Assembly (NCBI GenBank): GCA_963693365.1 | Contig: CAVNZM010000008.1 | Location: forward strand, 1,240,001-1,304,000 | Source of the DNA: Amoebidium appalachense | Lineage: Eukaryota; Protista; Ichthyosporea | Direction: 5' to 3' | Length of the DNA stretch: 64,000 nucleotides | In this document: piece after piece, positions 48,987 through 64,000 of the stretch | Numbering within the stretch: the stretch's first letter is position 1 | How the letters are laid out: each line of letters opens with the position of its first letter | Notes under the pieces: generated by a model | Told to the model about the DNA's origin: nothing | Seen by the model: only the letters and a program-made list of their open reading frames with translations | The model's database searches: none | Program-made: the position numbers and the translations under genes

Positions 48987-50014
48987 AATAGACATTGCAC
49001 AGAATAGGCCCTGAATTTTGCTTGTGGCATACCTCCACCAATTTCTGAAGCAAAAAGTTTTGTTTAGACTTCGTGAGTTCGGAGTTCGTGCGGTGGTTTT
49101 ACTGTATACTTTGGCTTAATTGTCGAAAATAACCGCTCTGGCGTGCAATATACGCTGCCAACGTGCAAAGGTATACAGATTTGTGTGTAAATGTTCTGTA
49201 AGTGCAACAGGGTACATATGAAACCTTGTGCAAACTTCTATTTTTCTGTGTGATACTAGGAGCCTCGTGACCCTCGCGTATTTTTTATATCCATATGGTC
49301 CTTAGGGTTTGGTGTGTGCCTACGTATATAATGGTACTCTTGCTATCTTAGGCGCAAGCATAGAATTTTGTTTGGTATAAAACGAAAGAGGCATGCAGTA
49401 ATTTGTGCATGCACAAATAGCGACAACGATTTATGGTGCTGACCTTTGGGAAGAGTCGAGCGTATATTTATTTAACCGCCGACGGATATTCTCCTATTTT
49501 TAAACGTCATATCTATCTTTATTCATGTACATTTTTAAATTACGCAGACACGCTAGACATGTCAACCATTTTTCAGAATTATATTTATCAGGCAGGGCAT
49601 GAAAAATTTGCGAGAACAAAACGAAAACAAAAAATAAAAATGGCCTGCCCCTTAAGTATGAGCGGAGCAGCTTTCATGGCGCACTAAACACGAAACAAAA
49701 AGTGTGCAAGACATAAGCACCACGTGTGTATACAACCGTTTTTTTGAACGTGCACACGCGTGTGAGAGAACACAACACACTCTGGCATGCCCCGCCCAGT
49801 TCCCCCCCGCTGCTGTCTGAGTTGGAGAGTCGTATATACGTGGGCTAAGGGGTCGAAACTCAGACGCAATTGATGACTTGGGCCCTCCCTGAGGATGGGC
49901 TCTGCTTATGACGCATACTGTGCGCATGGCTGATGTTGCATACTTGAATGTTTGCCTTTGCATGTGTCCTTCGTGTATGCGTACTTCGTACCGTGTTCCG
50001 CATTCAACCCCCCC

Positions 50015-50056
<42 letters not shown>

Positions 50057-50623
50057 TCTCTCTCTCCTCGATCCTCCTTCTCACACATGCAATTTTTTAT
50101 AGCATGTGCCAGCCGGACCGGCTGCCGGTCCTGCAAAGGTTTCACACATAATTTTCACAACATACCACATGCAGTACTGCAGTGTTGTAAGTTGCCACGA
50201 CGATGTAGTATTTACAGGAAAGACCCCGGGGGCTATATACCAGTGTACCACTTGTTACTCAGAAAACCAAATAATTGCCCTATGTATTGTCGGACATGTA
50301 ACACAGTATTCTTTGTGTGTTTTGATGGTTGGATGAAATTCTGCTCTAATTCACATTCATGCGTATATAAACTAAACTGTACATTTGGTTGGATATGGAC
50401 ATGCGTCATATGTACACAGTCACTTCATCATCAAGTTGCGCTTGCAAATCCAAGCCTTTGCGACTCAAACCACCACAAACGCTGCATTCCAGCCCATCCA
50501 CTAATAACATAGAGCCAATTTTTAATGTCAGCACAGTGCACACCATTGGTAAAAAGGTGTTTACCGTCACCCTATCGACACTGTAAATAGCTCATCCAAA
50601 TTGTACCATGCACGTGCATGACG

Positions 50624-51241
50624 TCACAGGCTGTTGCGTGGCCTCTTGGCCTCCTCCCCCACAGGCCCAGGACCGTCATCGGTGGCTGGACGCTTGCTTG
50701 TGATTGGCTCCTTTTTGGGGGCTGTAAATATATCCGATCAACCCAATTAGTAACATAGGATTGGGGGTGCCACTAGGTTGAAAGGATGCCACCAACGTGC
50801 ATGCGGGTGTATGTGAAGGTTAGTGTTCATGCGCCAATACCCACAAAAACCCGTGCATGTGTCCGCATGTTGGATATCGGCGCAAGGGTATGTGTTCACA
50901 TAGCACACACACGCAAACACCCATCCCAAACACACACAGACCGAACAGTGCCAACAATACTACCGCCCACACCCACAAATATTCTCGCTACGATGGTCAT
51001 CATGATGGGCCATGCCCATGCAAGAGCATGCATACCCCAACACCCACCCACCCACCCAACCACCCACCCACATACACACACACACTGACACACCCACCCG
51101 AGTGCAGACGCTTGTGCCCCCCCCTCCCCCCTCTTCCCTCCCCCGCCCGCCTGGTATGACGGAAATAACAATGCAGATTGCAAAGAACACAGAAGTAATA
51201 TGCATCTTAACAACCCATCGGATCCCTCGGTGGGAGGGGGA

Positions 51242-51281
<40 letters not shown>

Positions 51282-51688
51282 CTTACTTGTGGGAGCCTTC
51301 GAGAAGAAGGAGGTGATCTTGGGGGCCTCCTTGAGGGGTTTGGCCAGATCTGGGCGGTCATTCTTGACGTTGCCTACGTCCTTGGATACTTTGTGCCTGC
51401 GCAGAGACACGTGGGAGAATGGGTGGGTGAGAAACATCTGGCCGTGTGCATGAAGTGGTTGGGCCAACGTGTAAGGCTGGGGAGTCTACGAACACGAGTA
51501 GATAGGGGGATGTGGAGCTCGAAAGGGAGCTTTTGATTGGACATACATAGGCCAAAGAATAGGTAGCTGTGTCAAAACTGAGGGTAGGGAAGCAAGAGTG
51601 GATAGTAGTCCATGGGTGCGGTTATTAATTGAAGTCCCCCCCCCCCCCCCACTTCTTATTATTTACTTCTTCTTCTTCTTCTTCTTCT

Positions 51689-51724
<36 letters not shown>

Positions 51725-51739
51725 TTGTTGTTGTTGTTG

Positions 51740-51838
<99 letters not shown>

Positions 51839-51998
51839 GGGTTCTGGGGCCCTTGATACTCTCGATTCTAGCAGCAGTGAACACCAAGAGAAGGGGCGCA
51901 CAAACACACAAAGTCATTTACTAACACACAACACACCCTCAAAGCAACAAGGCATGCACACGGACAGCAACAACCTTTTATAGGCAACCACACACATA

Positions 51999-52073
<75 letters not shown>

Positions 52074-52328
52074 GTACCACTTGAGGTCGCCTGCATAGGG
52101 GACCAGATACTTTGCCGCCAGCTTGTCGAAAGGTACCTCGGGATCAAGCCACTCCTGTTTGTGCAACATGAGGCCATGCAAATACACACAGAGCACCGTT
52201 ATAAAGTGCCCGGCACATGTGCTCATTTGTACACACAGGTACACGCACAGACAGCCGCAAACCATGGCACACATCTACAAGTGCAAGCACACAAAAACAC
52301 CCGCTCACACACGTATACAAACACGTTC

Positions 52329-52364
<36 letters not shown>

Positions 52365-53578
52365 ACACACACACATGAAATTCATGCATATATCTCGTGC
52401 AAATGCACCACGACACATAATTTGTGCATGCAAGTGGTCTGTTCCCCGTAAGTGGCCGTGATGAAAAGGCATGACAAGAGGGAGGAAGGTCGAGGGATGG
52501 GCATGGGGGACGTGTAAAAAAATTAGAGTGTTGGCTGTCAAAAAGGAAAGACCGAAGCAAGAGGGGGTGAACGAGGCCTCGGAGCGGAGGGTGTGTGTGC
52601 GAGTGCCGCGCGCGCCCGCACGCGCGCATGTGTGTGATTGAGTGTGTGTCTGTGTTGATTGGGGGGGATGTGTGTGTGTGTGTGTGTGTGTGTGGCAGTA
52701 CATTGATGGCATGGTGGTCTGGGAGGATGGCAGGCATGCGGTTGTGCAGCCATGAGAGGGCCTTGCTGGAGTCTACCGTGATGATCGTGTAGCTGTCTAG
52801 CTGCTCCCCTGCACCGCTATATTTAGAAATGTCCATATTTGGCAGTGTCCATGTTAAGCAATGTCTATGTTTTTTAGCAGTGTCCGCGTTTGGTAGTGTC
52901 CATGTCTAGAAATGTCTATGTTTAGCGATGTCCTTATTTGGCAGTGTCCATGTTTAGCAATGTCTATGTTTTTAGCAGTGTCCATATTTGGCAGTGTCCA
53001 TGTTTAGCAATGTCTATGTTTAGCGATGTCCTTATTTGGCAGTGTCCATGTTTAGCAATGTATATGTTTAGCAGTGTCTATATTTGGCAGTGTCCATGCT
53101 TAGAAATGCTAATATTTGGCAGTGTCTATATTTGGCAGTGTCCATGTTTAGAAATGCCAATATTTGGCAGTGTCTATATGTGGCGGTGTCTATTTCTTAC
53201 ATTTAGCAGTGCTTGGTCCACATTTGGCAATGCTTGATCCATATTTGGCAATGCTTGATCCATATTTGGCAATGCTCGATCCATATTTGGCAGTGCTTTG
53301 TCTGAGCAGTGCTCTTTGGGTAAAGACGACATGCCAGGCCAGATTAGACAGAGTAACTGGTTGGCAGTGGTCAAATGTGCTTATGCGGGCAAGTAATCGT
53401 GCTGGTGTGCATGTAGCCGTTGTGTGCAAGTGTGAGAGTTTGCAAGATGTTATGCTCTGGAATTGCCCCATGTTTCCGCCGGCTGATCGGATTATTGTTA
53501 AGCACACACACACTTGCACTCATGTGCATACATACGAATTGGAGTGAGGCTAAGTGTGTTTGTGTTTTTATAGTAGTC

Positions 53579-53667
<89 letters not shown>

Positions 53668-54295
53668 ATGCATGCATGTGTGCGCATGTGTGTGTATGCA
53701 CATACCCGTGTCCTTGCTCTCCCAGTGGCTGTACAGGCCAGCCATAGTCAGGGGCCGTCCATCAGCAAAATACACAAAGTACGGCTGCTTGCCTGCTGCC
53801 GCCCCCTCATCCTTCCACTCATAAAACCTGGCACAAGATATCCTTAGTAAATGATAGACATGTGAAATTTCACGGGAAGAAATCAACACAAAAGCCCTTG
53901 TGCTTTGCACCCGGGCATGTCTCTATTCACAACATTAAATGTACTCTCTCTGTGGTACTCTGTTCCATTGTTATAACCGTCAGCTATGGAAACCCAGTGT
54001 TTACAGACTAGACATGAACGAATGACTATGATCTTTCCATACAACCAGATAAAAAAACCTTTAAAATAATCCGTGCAAACAAGGGCGGTCGCAACAGCAA
54101 TGAGTATCTTGCAGTTATAGGGTGACGGAATTAACATGCTGGGTGTTAAAGTGTGGTTACATACGTGTGTCCGCTCTTGTATATGCGTGGTTTCCTGCGC
54201 TTTGCTCAAGCAAACACGTGTGTGCTTGTGCCATTGTGCAATCCAATGCGGTGTGTGTGTTTGTGTTTGTGTTTGTGTTTGTGTTTGTGTTTGTG

Positions 54296-54379
<84 letters not shown>

Positions 54380-55394
54380 ATACCATATGCCGCACCCAAG
54401 GTCGTTCATTTGTATTCGTATGTGTGTGTGTTGGTGCGTGTAGGGCGTTTCCCCCCTGCACATTCACGTGCTGGTGTTTAAACACGTGTGCATGTGTGTG
54501 TGTGTATGCCAGCACCTACCCCTCAGCCACGACCACACACCTATGCCCCTTGACCAGTGACCTATACATGGGGGTAGTGGCCACCGTTTCTGCCCGTGCA
54601 TTGATGGTGTTGAGTGTGCCCTTGTAGTCGGGTCTCTCTTTGCTCCACGACGGAATAAGCCCCCATTTCTGTGTAACATCAGTCACTATCATCCCCCCCC
54701 CCCCCCCCCCCCCCCCCCCCCGTTTTTATTTGCCCACCAACACCTCAACCTCACCTCGCTACCTTTCACTGTCCGTCAGATACCCTGTTTCTCTTTCTCG
54801 TTTGTTCGTACGGCTATAGCCCTCAAACCCACGTGTGTCTGCAACTACCCCCCTCCCCCCGCAGCTCCTCTACTGAGAAATGATTTCTCTTGTCACAGAA
54901 CCCCCCCCCCCTCCCCCCCCCCCCCCCCCCCAAAAAAAACAAACAAAAAAACCAAAAAAAAACAAAAAAAAAAACCACCCACGCACAGCATGCGTTCCTA
55001 AAATCACAGCTCACCAGGGCAAAGAAGAAAAATCAGGCGAAAGAACCAACAGGCAAAAGACAAAAGCCGAAACGATTCAACCAGAAGAATCAAACCCCTC
55101 CAACTCCGGCCCGCATCCCCTCCGTGTCCCCTCAACCTCCAACTCTCGTAGTCTCCAAGCCACCCCGCCCATCGACAAGAAAAACACTATGAGGGAGAAG
55201 GAGATGAGGTACGAGCACCATCCAGTACACGCACCATGAAGCATAGGGCCATGCCAGCCTGCTCACTGCTGCCCCCACTGCCTGCCCTGTGCTGCAGAAT
55301 GGGCTGGAACCGCCCTGGATATTGCACCAGAATATGTCAGCACAATATCCTGCGGACCCCCCCCCCCCCCCCCCCCCCCCACTCCCCCCAATGC

Positions 55395-55464
<70 letters not shown>

Positions 55465-55476
55465 ACCGCTTTTTTT

Positions 55477-55507
<31 letters not shown>

Positions 55508-56282
55508 TGTAAAACATAAGAAAACAGAAGCAGTCGGTTATCAAAAGGATCCAACATGCAAATCGAACCCAAGTACAATTAAGCCTCCTTCCCCATTGAT
55601 GCCCCCCCCCCCCCCCCAAAAAAAAAAAAAAAACAAACAAAAAAAAAGGAATGAAAAGGAAAAGAAAAACGTGTCCTCATCCAGTCACACATGCTATATA
55701 TGCACTCTGGGGAGCCCTGAATGTGACCAAAAAAGATCCACACGGTGGGCCACAAAACCAAGGGAACCGAGAACTATCAGCATGAATCCGGGAGAATAAC
55801 AGAAGTAAGGAAATGATACCCAGAAACCACCACAGAATAACATTATAAACCCGCAATAAAATAATGATTCTCACCCGGGCCCACGTTATTTGAGGGTCTG
55901 TAGCGGTCTCTATTCTGCACCCGACTGTCCGGCACACCATAGCGCCGCTGGATGTCATCTGCCCCCTAAGGTGGGTTGTGTGTGTGTGTGTTGGGGGGGG
56001 GGGGGGGGGGGGGGGGGAGGGGAAGGGGGGGGGGGGGGAGTGTTGGCGTGGTGGTGGTGGTGGTTGGGATGGTGGCTGTGATTGGTGTTCTTTATTTCTT
56101 ATTTTTTTTTTTTTGAGGGGGGTGAGCGCGAGCGGGGGGAGCTGGGTGGGTGGGATGGCCCGGGGGAGGAAGGGGGGGAAGTCTTGTCATAAAAACCTTC
56201 TCCGCGCCCTCATGAACACATTTTGAAACTTCCTCAACATTTGGGGAGTCAAAAGCCTTTGTTGATCTGACAAAGATCCCCA

Positions 56283-56316
<34 letters not shown>

Positions 56317-56443
56317 CTCCCTAATCCAACCTAAAAAACCCCCTTGTAAGGCAGCCATCGATCTGTCGTTTTTAAATGAAATGGTAAGCTAAGCACTAAA
56401 CGCCCTTCCAACCTCAGAGAAGTGCTCAGCCAATATCCCCCCC

Positions 56444-56474
<31 letters not shown>

Positions 56475-56491
56475 AAAAAAAAAAAAGAGAG

Positions 56492-56522
<31 letters not shown>

Positions 56523-56848
56523 AAAAAAAAAAAAGAGAGAGGGGGGGGGGGGAGGGAAGAAGAAAGAAGAAAAAGGAAACCCCACAACCCCCATGCTCTC
56601 CCTTTAGCACTGGGCCGGCCCCCTACGTCTCAACGGAAAAATACTTCTTCCAACCTTATTCAACCCAATCCCTCGTTATTGGGGCGTTCACAGTCCCTGT
56701 TCTTCAGACACCGCCCCGCCTCAAGCCATATCTATTTTCAAAAATTATGAGCCGAAATATGAGAAGTGCCACTGGATCAGTTACATATTTTCTCATTATC
56801 TGCTTTCCTCCATCTCCTGTCACCATCTCCTACCTATCTGTCACCAAC

Positions 56849-56897
<49 letters not shown>

Positions 56898-57044
56898 CTC
56901 TTTTGTCACCCCTACTACCTCAGCAAAAAAAATCTTCTCAGAGGCTGTGTATTCCCATTTTCTCTAATTTTCCCTCAACCATCGGCGTCCACTAATTGTC
57001 TTTCCCACTTCTTCGTATAGCCCCACCGTGTCAACCTTAGCCAG

Positions 57045-57078
<34 letters not shown>

Positions 57079-57198
57079 TCCTTTCAACCATCTTCCACCA
57101 TGGCCACACGATTCTAAAAAAGCAGTAGCGGCAGTTAAAACGAGAAGTTGTCGCCACATTTTTGAGCTTACCAGCGAACAAGCAGTCCGCCCACACAT
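50624..57198 (-). CDS. HMCES: HMCES / SRAP-domain abasic-site processing protein
   Basis: Exons 57198-57172 (MCGRTACSL), 55965-55875 (RYRPSNNVGP), 55314-55235, 54668-54520 (KWGLIPSW...TINARAETV...HRCVVVAEG), 53827-53706 (FYEWK...KQPYFV...MAGLY), 52808-52702 (SYTIITVDSSKALSWLHNRMPAIL), 52154-52078, 51396-51287, 50721-50624. All introns GT-AG and in frame; catalytic Cys2, Glu (FYEW) and His (HNRMP) intact. Confidence 0.95.
52821..53300. repeat. Intronic minisatellite: about 24 degenerate 16-bp units changing into 4 copies of a 21-bp unit
   Basis: tttRgcaRtgtcYatR units up to ~53210, then tccatatttggcaatgcttga units. Confidence 0.9.
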
Positions 57199-58788
57199 CG
57201 TGCCAGCAGTCGAAGAACTCTTGAGCTGGTGTTCGTTGGGCGTTCGTATGCAGAAATGCCTATGATAAAAAAGAACGGGAAAGCTTGGGAGAAAGGGCAA
57301 CAAATGGAGGCATAACAATAGCAGTTTACAGGGCAAATTATTCACATATCAACAGAACTCACGAATCTAGGCTTTTGAGAGTTATGGCTTCACGCATCTT
57401 CAAAGCGCAGGAATGTTGTCTTGGCACACGGGCCACCTTTCAAGTAGGCTTTCAATTGTCTTGTTTTCTCTGCTGGAGCGTCAGTCAGTGGTGAGCCATC
57501 GTTTGTTTAGTCTCCATAGCGTAGACCTACAAAAGTGTAAATTACAGGAATTAAGGCCAATAGACTGGTGGCTGATGATGTCATTAGCATTAGACTCGTC
57601 CTATACAAAAATATCGGCATCACTCAACAGATCTAGAGCCAGCACACAGGATAGGACCAAAGAGTTGGGAGAAAAACATTAGAAACATCAGTTAAGAAAT
57701 CGACAATAGGGAGTGAAAAGGAGGGGGGCAGCAGTGTGAGCAGGTGGGTGCATAGGGATGGAGACGCACACACATACACAGAATTTTTCCTCTGTCGTCT
57801 GTTGTTGGCGCTTGTTGCGGAGGATTCGCTGGTAAAAACAGCATTGCCTGTCTCATTCATTTTAAGCCGGATTTTTGGGGCTTAAATCATCAGTAGCTGT
57901 TGCTTTAGACAGTGGGGCAAAAACTTTTCGGCAAGTTACGTGGGCAGGATGCCCATACAAAGGAAAATTATGCAACGATTACTGCCTCAATGAACTTGCA
58001 GTCTCTTCGCAGTCTCTCTTTGATTAGAGTGAGAACAGAAGAGATCGGAAGGTTTATTTACATATTTATGAGAGAGGGCTATATATAATTGGCGCAATAC
58101 GGTGATGATCTTACTACTTTCCTCTGAGACCCCAAACTATAACCAACACCATGACCTCACACGCACGTACACGCACACCTCTCTTGCCTGCATGCTTTCT
58201 ACTTTTTCAAGATCCTTCTCTCCCCCTCACGTGCCCTGCAACCGGATCGACTACAGTGCATATGTTATTTGCTCCCTTCCTCACAACTTTTCCCTCTTCC
58301 TCATTTCCGCTTTCTCCCTTTCCTCCATCTCTCCCCCCCCCCCCCCCCCCCCCCCATCCATCCATCCCCCCCCCCTCCCCCCCCCCCCCCCTCCCCGCCC
58401 CCACCCCCTCCCCTTCCGCCGTTCTCCTGCCTCTCTCCGTCTGCCTCATGGTTTTTCACACCCCTTATTCTTTTTGGCTTGATTTCAGCTTCAGCTTGCA
58501 TCTACTCCACTGGTTTCTCCATTGTATTTACAGCTCCTTCAGCCATCTCCCCCCTACCCCTCCCCCTCTCCTCTCCCGCCCACTCTTCCCCTTAGCCCCC
58601 CCCCCCCCCCCCCCCCCACACACACACACCAAGTTATTTTGTAGCCTTCTCCCATTTTGTAGCCTTCCCCCTCCACTCCGTTCTCACATGCAACCCCTCC
58701 CCCCTCCCCCCTCCCTCCCCCTGCCCCTCCTCTGGCTCCCTCCTGACTCCAACACCAAGTTTTGTATGCTTTCATTCTCAGTCCCCTC

Positions 58789-58819
<31 letters not shown>

Positions 58820-59114
58820 AAAAAACAAAAAAAAACATATGCACAAACACACGCAGAGAGAGAGAGACACACACACACACAGCCACACACACATTATTCT
58901 TTGCACCGCTAACACCCTTACTTAGCCACATGTACACCTCACATCCTTCCACTCAAGAGCAACCCGGTGCCTTTCGTCCACGAGACCCCTTCTAAGACTC
59001 CCCTGCCTCTCCTTCCACCTAACATTTTTCTTCCTTTCTTTCTTTTTTCTTGACAGGTACCGCCAAGCAGACACCATTGACACCATGCGGCTCTAGTCTG
59101 GAGACATTGCCAAA

Positions 59115-63978
<4,864 letters not shown>

Positions 63979-64000
63979 GTGTGTCTGCCTGCACACGGGG

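Noticed and set aside
55677-55958. ORF MTSSGAMVCRTVGC as the HMCES N-terminus
   Set aside because: Wrong frame; the true exon reads GADDIQRRYG...RYRPSNNVGP and the canonical MCGR start is at 57198.

Overview
Eukaryotic, intron-rich genomic DNA; the taxon cannot be fixed from this window (a unicellular opisthokont such as an ichthyosporean is only a guess). Introns and intergenic DNA are full of poly-G/poly-C runs and (CA)n/(GT)n/(GA)n microsatellites, so almost all ORFs in the supplied track are artefacts. Splicing exons by hand gives seven protein genes: (1) the 3' end of DCAF7/WDR68 (+); (2) an 11-exon secreted S8 subtilisin with an unnamed Cys-rich module and two PAN/Apple domains (-); (3) an F-box/LRR protein (+); (4) a 13-exon choline/ethanolamine kinase (-); (5) a Q/P-rich protein with myocardin/MRTF-like motifs and an out-of-frame acidic tail (+); (6) HMCES/SRAP (-); (7) the 5' part of VAC14 (+). 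The 13.4-28.9 kb interval is a transposon cluster. It holds a decayed, apparently spliced MULE transposase, a 4.9-kb hAT-type element with a perfect 8-bp TSD and several nested elements, and a decayed intron-containing KDZ/Zisupton-like transposase just upstream of the F-box gene. All family calls are by eye from remembered motifs; no database search was run.
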